DNA of 64,000 nt from Pirellulales bacterium. GTDB lineage: Bacteria > Planctomycetota > Planctomycetia > Pirellulales > JAICIG01. Positions 29,673 to 39,718 of the stretch are shown piece by piece. Position 1 is the first letter of the stretch; every line of letters begins with the position of its first letter. The position numbers and the translations under genes were made by a program. Under the pieces are notes generated by a model. The model was not told where the DNA came from. It saw only the letters and a list, made by a program, of their open reading frames with translations, and made no database searches. The stretch lies in NCBI GenBank assembly GCA_040901675.1, contig JBBDYJ010000035.1:213351-277350 (forward strand), in the 5' to 3' direction.

Positions 29673-31811
29673 ATGGCTGACGCACCTGCCGCCAGGCTCA
29701 CGTTTGCCGAGCCGGACATCGCCGTTCTCTCGCTCGATGCTCCCGATAAGGGGGCCAACATCCTGTCGCTGTCCGTGCTGGCCCAGTTGGAGCGGCTGCT
29801 GGACCAGTTGCAGCCGCGGCAGGACCTGGCGGGGCTGATTATCCGCTCGGCCAAGCCGGGCATCTTTATCGCCGGCGCCGACATCCGCGAGTTCGCCGCG
29901 TCGTTCGACGTTCCCAAGCAGCAGACCATCGGCGTGGCCACCCGCGGCCGCACGCTGTTTCAGCGGTTGAGCAAGTGCCCGTTCGTCACCGTGGCCGCCA
30001 TCGACGGAATCTGCGTGGGAGGCGGCGCCGAGCTGGCCATCTGGTGCGACCGGCGGATCATGACGACGAGCGACCGGGCGCAGTTCGGCTTTCCGGAAGT
30101 CAAGCTGGGACTGTTTCCGGGCTGGGGCGGCACGGCGCGGACGCCGCGGATCGTGGGGCTGGCCAATGCCGTCGAGCTGATCACCGGCGGCGAATCGATC
30201 GACGGCCGGGCCGCCGCCGCCATGGGGCTCACGAGCGACCTGGTCGACAGCGAGCGATTGGACCAGGCCGCCGTCGCCCTGGTGCGGGCCGAACAGACCT
30301 CCCGCGAATATCTAGCCGACCGCCAGCGCTGGAGTAGGCCCCTGGACATCAGCGAAACGGAGCTGGCCTTCCTGGGTGCGACGGCGTCGGCCTACATCCA
30401 GCAGCAAACCAAGGGTCAGTACCCGGCGCCGCTGGCCGCCTTGGAAGTGATGCTCGGCTCGGCGGGGCTGGATGTGGAGGAAGCCGGCCGGCAGGAGGCC
30501 GAAGCCTTTGCCGAGCTGTTCGGCACGCCGATCAATCGTGCTCTGATCAACGTGTTTTTCCTGATGGACCGCAACAAGAAGGACCCCGGCGTGGAGGCCA
30601 AGTCGAGCCCACGGCCGGTGCGGTCGTTGGGAGTTTTCGGCGCGGGGATCATGGGCTCGGGCATCTCCGCCGCCGCCGTCAAGCGTGAAATCGCCGTAAC
30701 GATTACCGACACGGCACAGCCGGCGCTGGCGGCCGGTGTCAAAAACATCCTGGAAGAAGCGTCTTACAACCGGCAGACCGGCGGGCCGGACGTGCAGCGG
30801 ATGTCGAAGATCGCTCCCCTGGTCAACGCCACCACCGTCATCGACGAGTTCAAGAGCTGCGAGCTGGTGATCGAAGCGGTGGTCGAGAACCCAAAGGTCA
30901 AGCAGGACTTGTATGCCCGGATCGAGCCTTTGTTGAGCAACGAGACGGTCCTGGCCTCGAACACGTCGGCCATTTCCATCGGCCGGTTGGCCGAGGGGCT
31001 CAAGCGTCCCGATCGGTTTTGCGGCATCCACTTTTTCAACCCGGTACGAAAGATGCCGCTGGTGGAAGTGATCCGCGGGCCGAAGACCAGCGACGCCACC
31101 GTGGCCACGGCGGTGGCTTTTGCCAAGGCCATCGGCAAATCGCCGATCGTGGTCAACGACGGGCCCGGCTTCCTCGTGAACCGGCTGCTGCTGCCCTACA
31201 TGAACGAGGCCCTGGAGTTGTTGCAGGAAGGCGTCGAGATCAAGGCCATCGAGCAGGCGGCCAAGAGCTTCGGCATGCCGATGGGCCCGATCACGCTCTA
31301 CGACGTGGTGGGTTTGGACACCGCCTTGTTCGCCGGCCAGGTGATGCACGAGGCCTTTCCCGACCGCATCGGCCAGTCGGCCGTGTTGAGCGCCATGGTC
31401 AAGGCGGGCAGGCTGGGACAAAAAGCGGGCCGCGGCTTCTTCTCGTACCAGGACAAGCAGGGGCGCGGGCAAAGCGACCCTTCGCTGGCCGAAGTGCTAA
31501 GGCCCTTGGTCCGCAAGCAGGTGAAGCTGAGCGAAGAGGAGATTGTGGCCCGGTTGTTTCTGCCGATGGTGCTCGAGGCGACGCGGGTGCTCGACGAACA
31601 GAAGGTCCGCGATCCACGCGACGTCGACCTGGGGTTGATCTATGGCATTGGGTTTCCCGCTTTCAAGGGGGGACTGTTGTTCTGGGCCGACACGCTGGGA
31701 GCGGCCAAGCTCGTGGAGATGCTGAAGCCGCTGGAGCCGCTCGGACCGCGCTACCAAGCGACGGCGATGCTGCTATCGCTGGCCAACAGCGGCGGGCGGT
31801 TCTACGGATGA
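29673..31811 (+). CDS. fadJ: Fatty acid oxidation complex alpha subunit (enoyl-CoA hydratase / 3-hydroxyacyl-CoA dehydrogenase)
   Basis: FIAGADI, GGGAE, PEVKLG, GAGIMG, ASNTS, HFFNPV. Confidence 0.93.
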   Translation: MADAPAARLTFAEPDIAVLSLDAPDKGANILSLSVLAQLERLLDQLQPRQDLAGLIIRSAKPGIFIAGADIREFAASFDVPKQQTIGVATRGRTLFQRLSKCPFVTVAAIDGICVGGGAELAIWCDRRIMTTSDRAQFGFPEVKLGLFPGWGGTARTPRIVGLANAVELITGGESIDGRAAAAMGLTSDLVDSERLDQAAVALVRAEQTSREYLADRQRWSRPLDISETELAFLGATASAYIQQQTKGQYPAPLAALEVMLGSAGLDVEEAGRQEAEAFAELFGTPINRALINVFFLMDRNKKDPGVEAKSSPRPVRSLGVFGAGIMGSGISAAAVKREIAVTITDTAQPALAAGVKNILEEASYNRQTGGPDVQRMSKIAPLVNATTVIDEFKSCELVIEAVVENPKVKQDLYARIEPLLSNETVLASNTSAISIGRLAEGLKRPDRFCGIHFFNPVRKMPLVEVIRGPKTSDATVATAVAFAKAIGKSPIVVNDGPGFLVNRLLLPYMNEALELLQEGVEIKAIEQAAKSFGMPMGPITLYDVVGLDTALFAGQVMHEAFPDRIGQSAVLSAMVKAGRLGQKAGRGFFSYQDKQGRGQSDPSLAEVLRPLVRKQVKLSEEEIVARLFLPMVLEATRVLDEQKVRDPRDVDLGLIYGIGFPAFKGGLLFWADTLGAAKLVEMLKPLEPLGPRYQATAMLLSLANSGGRFYG

Positions 31812-31903
31812 AGAGGGCCGGCTTGAACAGGAACGGCCGTTGCCGCGGCCGGTGAACTTGGCAGCTTTTTCGGAGACCCTGCGGGGTTTCGGGAGATAGA
31901 CGT

Positions 31904-33061
31904 ATGAAAGAAGCCGTGGTGGTGGACTGCGTGCGGACGCCGATCGGCCGCGCGCACAAGGATAAGGGCGTGTTTCGTGACGTCCGCAGCGACGACCTGG
32001 CGGTCGCCGTGATCAAGGCGCTCGTCGAGCGGACCGGTATCGACCCCGCCGAGATCGAGGACGTCGTGCTGGGCAACACGCAGCAGCAAGGCGAGCAGGG
32101 GCTGTGCGTGGCCCGCACCGTGGCCTTGATGGCCGGTCTGCCGCTGGCCACCGGCGGAGCCACCATCAATCGGCTTTGCGGGTCGAGCCTGCAGGCGCTC
32201 AACCAGGCCTCGCACGCAATCATGGCCGGCTTTGAAGACGTGCAGATCGTGGGAGGCCTGGAGCACATGCACCACATCGCGATGGACAAGGGGATCGACA
32301 TCAATCCGAAGCTGTTCCATCGTACCAGCAAGGGCGCGCTGAACATGGGGATCACCGCCGAGTTTCTGGCCCAGACGCAAGGCATCTCGCGGCAGGCGCA
32401 GGACGAGTTTGCCCTGCGAAGCCACCGGCGGGCGGCCGCCGCCCATGCGGCCGGCGAGTTCAAGCCGGAGATCGTGCCCGTCTGGGGGCGCGACGAGACC
32501 GGCAACCGAACCCTGGTCCAAGTCGATCAGTGCGTCCGCCCCGATACCAGCGCCGAGGCGCTGGCCGCGCTCAAGCCCGCGTTTATGCCCGGCCTGGGGA
32601 CGGTCACCGCCGGAAACAGCTCGCCGTTGAACGACGGCGCGGCCGCGCTGTTGATCATGTCGCGTGAAAAGGCCAAATCGTTGGGGCTCACGCCGCTGGC
32701 CCGCGTGCTGGCCACCGCGGTGGTGGGGGTCGACCCGGCCGTGATGGGCACCGGCCCCGTGCCGGCCACCCAAAAGGCGCTCAAGCGGGCGGGTCTCAAG
32801 CTGGACGACATCGAGATCGTCGAGCTGAACGAGGCCTTCGCCTCCCAGGCGCTGGCCTGCATCGAGATGCTCGGCCTGGACGAGGAACGGGTGAACGTCC
32901 GTGGCGGGGCGATTGCCATCGGCCACCCGCTGGGCGCCAGCGGCGCCCGCATCACCACCACGCTTTTGCACAACATGGTCGATCGGGGCGCTACGTTGGG
33001 CCTGGCCACGATGTGCATCGGCGTCGGGCAGGGGATCGCCACGATCTTCGAACGCGTGTAA
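31904..33061 (+). CDS. fadA: 3-ketoacyl-CoA thiolase
   Basis: [27 protein letters not shown]. Confidence 0.95.
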   Translation: MKEAVVVDCVRTPIGRAHKDKGVFRDVRSDDLAVAVIKALVERTGIDPAEIEDVVLGNTQQQGEQGLCVARTVALMAGLPLATGGATINRLCGSSLQALNQASHAIMAGFEDVQIVGGLEHMHHIAMDKGIDINPKLFHRTSKGALNMGITAEFLAQTQGISRQAQDEFALRSHRRAAAAHAAGEFKPEIVPVWGRDETGNRTLVQVDQCVRPDTSAEALAALKPAFMPGLGTVTAGNSSPLNDGAAALLIMSREKAKSLGLTPLARVLATAVVGVDPAVMGTGPVPATQKALKRAGLKLDDIEIVELNEAFASQALACIEMLGLDEERVNVRGGAIAIGHPLGASGARITTTLLHNMVDRGATLGLATMCIGVGQGIATIFERV

Positions 33062-34753
33062 ATGTCCATGGAATCAACCGACGCCACGATCGTGTCGCTG
33101 TTCTTGCGGCGCGCGGCGGCCGACGCCGGCGGGATCGCGCTCTGGGTGCGGCGGGGCGATGCGCTGGCCGCCTGCCGCTGGGCGGAATTGGCCGACGACG
33201 TGCGGCGGACCGCGGGTGCCCTGGAAAAGCTGGGCGTGACGCCTCACGACCGCGTGATCCTGATCTCGCCCAACCGCTACGAGTGGATCATCAGCGACTT
33301 GGCGATCCAACTCGCCGGCGCCGTCCACGTGCCGGTCCACGTGTCGCTGTCCGGTGCCCAAATGGCCTACCAGATCGCCGACAGCGGCGCCCGGCTGGTG
33401 CTGTTGGCGGGAGCGGACCAGGCGGCCTTGCTCGCCGCCCACCTGGCTCGCCAGAGCGACGCGTTTCGAGACGTGCAGTTTGTTTCCTTCGATCCGTGTC
33501 CGGCCATCGGGCCGGCCGAAGTGCGGCGTCTGGCCGACGTGGCTTCCGAGGTCGATCGTGCCACGGCGGCGAGGATCGAAGAGCGGGCCGTCAGCCAGAC
33601 CAGGCCGGCGGACCTGGCCACGATTCTGTATACCTCGGGCACGACCGGCGAACCGAAGGGGGTGATGCTCAGCCAGCAGAACCTGGCCTCGAATGCGCTC
33701 GGCACGCTGGAAGCGTTTGGTCAAAAGGCCGACGACCTGCGGCTGACCTGGCTCCCCTTGAGCCATATCTTTGCCCGGACTTGCGACCTGTATACCTGGA
33801 TCGCGTCGGGCAGCCAGCTCGCCTTGGCCGATAGTCCGGAGGCGGTGATCGCGAACTGCGGCGAGCTGCACCCCACGCTGCTCAACGGCGTGCCCTATTT
33901 CTTCGAGAAAGTGCAGCGTTGGCTGGTCCAGCAAGGCCTCGACCGCCAGCCGGGCAGCCTGCTGGGCTTGTTCGGGGGCCGGCTGAGAGCGGGCTGCGCG
34001 GGAGGGGCGCCACTGCCGGAGCACGTCGCCCGCTTTTACGAGAGCCAGGGGGTGCTGTTGGCGCAGGGCTACGGGCTGACGGAAAGCTCGCCGGTGATCA
34101 GCACCGAAACCGACTCGGCGAGGAAGCTGGGGACCGTCGGCCGGCCTATTCCGGGCGTTGAAGTGCGCATCTCGCCGGAGGGCGAAATCCTCACCCGCGG
34201 CCCGCACGTCATGCTCGGCTATTGGAACAAGCCCTCCGCCACCGCCCAGGCCATCCGCGACGGCTGGCTGTACACGGGCGACCTGGGTGAGCTCGACTCG
34301 GACGGGTTCCTGCGGATCACCGGACGCAAGAAAGAATTGATTGTCACCTCCGGCGGAAAAAACATTGCACCGACGTACATCGAGGCCCTGCTCACCTCCG
34401 ACCCGCTGATCGAGCAGGCTGTGGTCGTCGGCGATGGCCGCAGTTGCCTGGCCGCCTTGATCGTGCCCAACCAGCCGGCCTTGCAGCCGGAGCTGGACCG
34501 CCTGGGGCTTGGCGAATGCGATGCGGCCGAGGGGCTGGCCGATCCGCGGGTCCGAGCGATCTATGCGCAGTGCATCGAGCAGCGGCTGTCGGACGTTTCG
34601 CATTACGAACAGGTCCGCCGGTTTGCCTTGCTGGACCGCCCCTTCTCGGTGGACCGGGGAGAACTGACGCTGACCCTCAAGCTGCGCCGCGGCGTGATCC
34701 AGTCGAACCATGCCGACACGATCGAGGCCCTCTACCAGGGGCCCGACGCTTGA
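33062..34753 (+). CDS. fadD: Long-chain fatty acid-CoA ligase
   Basis: YTSGTTGEPKG, GYGLTE, TGDLG, GRKKE. Confidence 0.92.
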   Translation: MSMESTDATIVSLFLRRAAADAGGIALWVRRGDALAACRWAELADDVRRTAGALEKLGVTPHDRVILISPNRYEWIISDLAIQLAGAVHVPVHVSLSGAQMAYQIADSGARLVLLAGADQAALLAAHLARQSDAFRDVQFVSFDPCPAIGPAEVRRLADVASEVDRATAARIEERAVSQTRPADLATILYTSGTTGEPKGVMLSQQNLASNALGTLEAFGQKADDLRLTWLPLSHIFARTCDLYTWIASGSQLALADSPEAVIANCGELHPTLLNGVPYFFEKVQRWLVQQGLDRQPGSLLGLFGGRLRAGCAGGAPLPEHVARFYESQGVLLAQGYGLTESSPVISTETDSARKLGTVGRPIPGVEVRISPEGEILTRGPHVMLGYWNKPSATAQAIRDGWLYTGDLGELDSDGFLRITGRKKELIVTSGGKNIAPTYIEALLTSDPLIEQAVVVGDGRSCLAALIVPNQPALQPELDRLGLGECDAAEGLADPRVRAIYAQCIEQRLSDVSHYEQVRRFALLDRPFSVDRGELTLTLKLRRGVIQSNHADTIEALYQGPDA

Positions 34754-34854
34754 GCGGCTGTGAATCAATCAGAATGCTTGTACAAGGCCGGTGGTTGCGG
34801 CACCTTTAAACAATGAGCTTCTGCGGGGATCTGTAGGTGTAGGTAGAGGTCGAA

Positions 34855-35260
34855 AGTACGGGTTCCTCTTCTCTGCTCGGGGAGATGCTGGTGCCGGGCA
34901 TTGATTTTGAAGCCGTACGGTCTGAAGCGTCCATGGCCCAGGTCCTGAAACTGTTGGAGTTTGTCGCCCAACGCAGCAAGGGGGATCAAGTGCGAGGACC
35001 TTGTCCTGTACATCGGTCCGCGTCGCCACGAAGTCGGTCTTTCTCGGCAAATCTTGGCAAGAATGCCTATCGCTGCTTCCGTTGCGGTTCCGGAGGAAAT
35101 CAACTGGACCTTTGGGCGGCAGCCACCAAGGCAAGCGTCCACGATGCAACCATTGACCTTGCGAGAAGCTTCATTTGGACGTTCCGTGGATTCATCGATG
35201 GTGAATGGTTCACGCCGCCTTCCAGAAGATACCGGCGAGCAGAGAAGAGGAACTCGTACT
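34855..35260. mobile_element. 406-bp non-autonomous element with 25-bp terminal inverted repeats
   Basis: 34855-34879 AGTACGGGTTCCTCTTCTCTGCTCG versus 35236-35260 CGAGCAGAGAAGAGGAACTCGTACT (24/25 match); lower GC. Confidence 0.75.
34885..35204 (+). pseudogene. CHC2 zinc-finger (primase zinc-binding) domain gene with an apparent 1-nt frameshift near 35160
   Basis: RGPCPVH...FSANLGKNAYRCFRCGSGGNQLDLW; a shifted frame continues CEKLHLDVPWIHRW* ending at 35204. Confidence 0.75.
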
Positions 35261-35375
35261 ATGGCGCCGGAAAGCCACACACAGCGCAGCTCGGAAAACG
35301 GGGCTTTCTTGCCCTAAATCGTGAAGAGATGAGCAACGGGTTCGGTGGAGGCGACAGCAAACAAGCGGGCGATAC

Positions 35376-35411
35376 AAAAACCCGCCTTGCCGACAGGTCG
35401 GACAAGGCGGG
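35376..35411 (-). terminator. Intrinsic terminator
   Basis: CCCGCCTTG...CAAGGCGGG stem followed by a T5 run on the minus strand, downstream of the CDS ending at 35491. Confidence 0.75.
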
Positions 35412-35490
35412 CCACCGTGGGTCAGATCACTCGGTGAATCGGTCGCGCCGCCCCGGGCGGCGAGATGGGCTCTGAGCCTGCTGCGAGCCC

Positions 35491-36357
35491 CTAGCGCTGC
35501 GAGGGGCGCCAGCCTCCGTCGTCGATCGTCGCGGGTCTGGTCGATGCGGGCTGCTGCTCGTGGCTGCCGCTGACGGGCGTTCGCTGAACGGCCGTGCGGA
35601 TCACCGGTGGCTCATCGCCGGCAGAGGCACGGGCCGGCCACGAGACCGGCGTAAAACCCCAGGCCAACTGGACCGGATAAGCGGCCGTCCGGCTGTCCGG
35701 ATCGATCAGCCGCGGCGCCGAGGTGGGCGCGCTGGGCGTCCGCTTGTTCATCTCGGAGTCGGGGAAAGCCGGCAGTTGGCTTTCACGCTGGGTGGGCGAG
35801 CTCTCGAACGTGGATGTGCCGGGCGAGGATCCGGGTGGCAACGTCGGCACCCCCGTGCCGCCGGTCGCGCCGTTATAGTAGGGTTGCCCGGCCGGCGCGT
35901 ACGCCGGCGCCATGCCATAGGCCGGCGTGCCGCAAGGGTTGCAGGCCGGGGCGGCGGCCGCGACCGGCGCGGCCGGCACGAACGACACCACGGGGCGATA
36001 CGTGGTATAGGCTACCATCCGCGTCTGCCGGACGTAGTTCACCACCGGCCGCATGCAGGTCACCGGGCAGCCGGTGCACGGATCGGTCGAGGTGAAGGGC
36101 CGCCAGGTCGTCACAGGAACCGTCGTGCACTGCGGCCGGTAGCAGGTCTGCGGCACGTAGTTGACGACCTGCTGCCCGCATGGATTGCAGGCCGCGGCGT
36201 AGCCGTACGGCTGGGCCTGGCGGTGATGGAACAGGCCGCCTCCTCGCCCGAACCAGTGGAACAGCGCCTCGCTGCGGCTGGGGGTGGCCAGCAACATGGC
36301 GGCTGCGCCGCAGGCCGCCAGGCAATGTCGCGCTTGGGATCGAATCATTTCTTTCAC
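35491..36357 (-). CDS. Planctomycete-type secreted Cys/Pro-rich hypothetical protein
   Basis: Signal peptide; CNPCG twice; YVPQTCYR; DDGGWR at the C-terminus. Confidence 0.75.
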   Translation of the reverse strand: MKEMIRSQARHCLAACGAAAMLLATPSRSEALFHWFGRGGGLFHHRQAQPYGYAAACNPCGQQVVNYVPQTCYRPQCTTVPVTTWRPFTSTDPCTGCPVTCMRPVVNYVRQTRMVAYTTYRPVVSFVPAAPVAAAAPACNPCGTPAYGMAPAYAPAGQPYYNGATGGTGVPTLPPGSSPGTSTFESSPTQRESQLPAFPDSEMNKRTPSAPTSAPRLIDPDSRTAAYPVQLAWGFTPVSWPARASAGDEPPVIRTAVQRTPVSGSHEQQPASTRPATIDDGGWRPSQR

Positions 36358-36644
36358 TCCGCGCTTTGGCGAAACATCTGATGTCCTTCGTTAAACAAGG
36401 CCGCGGACAAAGTGTCAAGCGGCCTTACGTTCGTTGGGCCCATTTGGTTGCACTTTTGTATTAGCTGGTGATTGCAGACTGCGCGGGCGGTGCCGCCGGG
36501 GTGGGATGTAGTGCGCCGCGCCGCTCTGCCTCGCTCAATCCAGACCGCTCTTGCGGCGCGGTAGGGTGGCCCACGAGCAAACGTAGGTCACGCTTGCAAC
36601 CGGTGTGGCGAAAAATCGACAGCCGTCATGACCGGCACATCCGG

Positions 36645-37244
36645 TCAGGTCTGCTGCGGCCGGCGCGCTTCGTACAGGTCGTAGAGGTCGAACAGCGTCT
36701 CGCGCAGGTCGCCGCCGTGCCGCTCGAACGAGCGGGCCACGTCGTCCGGCCCGATCGACTGCGGGCCGGGAGGCAGCAGACGTTCCACGATGCGCCGGGC
36801 CGTTTCCAGGCGCGGCTGCACCACAAACAATTCGGGCAGGCCCACGTCGGCGTGCGACGTTACTAACAGGCCGCACTTCTGGCGGCGGCAGAATCGCTTG
36901 ATCTTCCAGCGGTTCCAACGGCTGAGCTGTTCGTATCCGTCGATCACCAACTGCAAGGACGGGTTGCCCCGCTCGAGGGCGTCCAGGCCGGTGGGAAGCC
37001 GCCGCTGGCCGTCGTGCAGCGTGACCAGGTTCACGCCGCGGCCGGCGGCTTCGAGGGCGGGAATCAACGAGGCCAACAGGGTGGACTTGCCGCTTCCGTG
37101 CGAGCCCACGATCTGCCCCCACCAGCCGCTGGTGCGCAAGCGGTCGACCAGCCAGCCGGCCGATTCGCCGGCAGCAAAAACAAACGGGATGGCCCCTGGC
37201 CGAACGGCACGCGTGGAAAACGGATTGCTCTGCGGAAGGACCAT
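36645..37244 (-). CDS. Small AAA+/P-loop NTPase (Hda/DnaA-like architecture)
   Basis: GSHGSGKST, LVIDGYE, LLVTSH, GDLRETL. Confidence 0.75.
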   Translation of the reverse strand: MVLPQSNPFSTRAVRPGAIPFVFAAGESAGWLVDRLRTSGWWGQIVGSHGSGKSTLLASLIPALEAAGRGVNLVTLHDGQRRLPTGLDALERGNPSLQLVIDGYEQLSRWNRWKIKRFCRRQKCGLLVTSHADVGLPELFVVQPRLETARRIVERLLPPGPQSIGPDDVARSFERHGGDLRETLFDLYDLYEARRPQQT

Positions 37245-37261
37245 TTTTTATTCGACCTGTT

Positions 37262-37666
37262 TTATTCGACCGGCAATGCCGCCGAGGCGGCGGTGAGCGA
37301 CCCCAACTGGAACGGCTGCTCGGCCAAGAGCGGCTTGCCCCGGGCCAGGAAGACGCGGACCCGCACGCACCAGCGGATCTTGACGATGACCCCCTGGTAG
37401 CTCAGCGGGCTGTTGGGCAAACAGGTCTGAAACCGCCGTGGCCTGCGAAAGTCGGCCGGTTCATCCTGCTCCCGGCTCCAACGCTCGAAATGGTGGACTG
37501 CCAGGTCCTCGTCGCCTTGCCCCTCGGTGTGCCACAAGACCGACAACTCCACCGCCGAGGGCTCGACGGCCAGCATCCGCTCGATGCGGTATTCGCCTGA
37601 GAGGATCTCGCCCGGTTGATACGTGCGACGATGGCCGTCCAGGGAGATGCTCACGGCGTCGTTCAT
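37262..37666 (-). CDS. Hypothetical beta-sandwich protein (arrestin/SpoOM-like)
   Basis: YQPGEILSGE...LWHTEGQGDED...LPNSPLSYQGVIVKIRWCVRV. Confidence 0.7.
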   Translation of the reverse strand: MNDAVSISLDGHRRTYQPGEILSGEYRIERMLAVEPSAVELSVLWHTEGQGDEDLAVHHFERWSREQDEPADFRRPRRFQTCLPNSPLSYQGVIVKIRWCVRVRVFLARGKPLLAEQPFQLGSLTAASAALPVE

Positions 37667-38967
37667 GCCGCCTCGCTTCCCTGGCCGGAAGGATAAACGT
37701 GCACCAGGAAGACCCGCTCGAAGTCGGGCCAGTGCACGACGTTTCCCTGGACGATCACTTTCCAGCTCACCTGGTTATGGTCGGCCCGAAACGAGTGCAT
37801 CGCGCCCGCCGGGATGTCCAGGGAGCACTGGGCTTCCAGCGGCCGGCGGGGTTGAAGCTCGAAGTCCTGGCGGCGGAATAGCTCGTGCTGGTAGACGCGC
37901 CGCTGGACCGTGCGGGTATTCGTGCCCTGGCGGTAGGTGGCTTCCTCCTCGCAAATCAGCGAAACGGCAAGCCAGTTCATCTTCAGCCGGCCGGCCTGCG
38001 AGACAAAGACGCGGTAGGCGCCGCCCGGGTAAAGCGGGTGCTGCGAGATCTCCACGATCGTCGAACCGACTCCCGTGCTGATCAGCAACTGCCGCACCAG
38101 CACGATCACCAGTCCCAGCCCCACCAGCGCGAAGGGCACCACGAAAAGCGTCAGCCGCCAGTCGGGCTGGCCGGCCAGGTGATTTCGGACGGCCATCACC
38201 GCGAACACCGACACCACCGCGTTCCAGATCAAGCAGCCGATGAGGCCGGCCGCTAGCCCCCAACTGCTGCCGGCCGATGGAAGTCGAAAGGCCAGCACGG
38301 TTCCGGGGCTGTTGGTCACTTCCGCCGCGCCGGGCACATTGGGAAACCAGGGCTGGCTTTCGGGCTCGCGGTCGAAGAAGTCCAGGCGTTGCGAGCGCTG
38401 CGCCAGGGCCGCCCGCCGCTCGGCCGATTTACCCCAACCCCAAACGTAGTACGACAACCCGCCGCCACCGATGGCGATCAGCGATATCGGGAGCAGCAGC
38501 ATCAACCACGTGTACCAGGTATAGCCCCGGGAGAGCACGACGCGCTGGGGATCGCGCGGATCGTACCAGCAGGGGTACTCGCGGCCTCGTTCGAAGCGCT
38601 CCAGGATCTTTCGCGTGGCGTCGCGATCGGCCATGTGGGGATCGGTGATCTCGTAGGGCGCCCAGACCGAGTACTGCTTCCCCTTGACCTCGAATTCGAC
38701 GTGCAGGCGGGGAGCATAGGTGTCGCCGGAAGGCGCGCGGTCGAGCCGCACGTCGGTCACCCGGCAGATGTGCCGGACAAAATCGCGATTGACGCGCAGC
38801 TCCGGAATCGCCCAATAGACCAGAATCAGCGCGAGCAAGCCCCAGCCGACCGCGAAACAGAGTGCATAGGCGCACCCGAAGCCGAACGTGCCCAGCTCGC
38901 GTGAGCCGGTACGCCGGTCGCCGCGTTTCTTGCCGTAAAACCGCAGATAGCGAGCCAAGCCGGGCAC
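37663..38967 (-). CDS. DUF3592-domain membrane protein with C-terminal beta-sandwich
   Basis: YPCWYDPRDPQRVVL; four TM segments; HSFRADHNQVSWKV; stop overlaps the next start. Confidence 0.8.
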   Translation of the reverse strand: MPGLARYLRFYGKKRGDRRTGSRELGTFGFGCAYALCFAVGWGLLALILVYWAIPELRVNRDFVRHICRVTDVRLDRAPSGDTYAPRLHVEFEVKGKQYSVWAPYEITDPHMADRDATRKILERFERGREYPCWYDPRDPQRVVLSRGYTWYTWLMLLLPISLIAIGGGGLSYYVWGWGKSAERRAALAQRSQRLDFFDREPESQPWFPNVPGAAEVTNSPGTVLAFRLPSAGSSWGLAAGLIGCLIWNAVVSVFAVMAVRNHLAGQPDWRLTLFVVPFALVGLGLVIVLVRQLLISTGVGSTIVEISQHPLYPGGAYRVFVSQAGRLKMNWLAVSLICEEEATYRQGTNTRTVQRRVYQHELFRRQDFELQPRRPLEAQCSLDIPAGAMHSFRADHNQVSWKVIVQGNVVHWPDFERVFLVHVYPSGQGSEAA

Positions 38968-39228
38968 GGCGGCACCGAAACCGAGGACTTCTGGTACGCG
39001 ACGGCCCCAGGCGGCACGTCACGCCCTCGCCGGGGCCGGGCGGCCTGGCAAGGGAAAACCATGATTCTAGCGGAAGCCCAAGACGTTCCGAAACGCCCGC
39101 GGCGCGGGTTGTCCGCTTGCCAGCCGGCTCGAGCCGTCCTCCAGGGTGTGCGGCAGGAGGGACGCGCGGGCATCCATTCCGGCGCGCCCCTGTCCTCGAC
39201 TCGCAGCAGCCGTGCTTCGAACGATGCG

Positions 39229-39501
39229 CTAAGCAGTGACCGTCTGCCGCTTGCTCGTGCGGTAGAAGCCGATCCCTTCCAACGCCTTGTACACCTCGTC
39301 GAGCGTCTTTTCTCCGAAATTGGAGATCGCCAGCAGATCCTGGCGCGTGCAGTTCAACAGATCGCTGACCGTAAAGATGCCACGCTCCTCGAGGCAGTTC
39401 GTCGTGCGAACCGACAGGCCAATCTCGGCCGTGCTCATCTCCAGACGTTCGTGCATGCCTTTGGCATTCTCGTCGGCCGAACTCAAGGGGATGCGTGTCA
39501 T
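39229..39501 (-). CDS. Stand-alone RNA polymerase alpha C-terminal domain protein
   Basis: EIGLSVRTTNCLEERGIFTVSDLL...LLAISNFGEKTLDEV. Confidence 0.9.
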   Translation of the reverse strand: MTRIPLSSADENAKGMHERLEMSTAEIGLSVRTTNCLEERGIFTVSDLLNCTRQDLLAISNFGEKTLDEVYKALEGIGFYRTSKRQTVTA

Positions 39502-39663
39502 GGGTTCCCTCCCAATTGGACGCGCCGGGAAATACGAAACGGCCGCGCGGCAAGGCCCGGCGGGTTCCATCTGCCGCGCGACCGACGAGTATAACGGCTC
39601 CGGCCCAAACGCGAACTACTTTTCCGCAATTTTTCGCGGCCGGCGTGCTAGCATGCTAGCAGG

Positions 39664-39718
39664 AGTCAGAAGTCAGAAGTCAGAAGTCAGAGGTCAGAAG
39701 GCAGAAGGCAGAAGGCAG
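39664..39718. repeat. Heptamer tandem repeat (AGTCAGA/AGGCAGA)
   Basis: About 8 units; related run at 40931-40958. Confidence 0.85.

Noticed and set aside
35205..35475. C-terminal half of the 196-aa ORF starting at 34885
   Set aside because: Read-through after the frameshift, crossing the inverted repeat and a terminator
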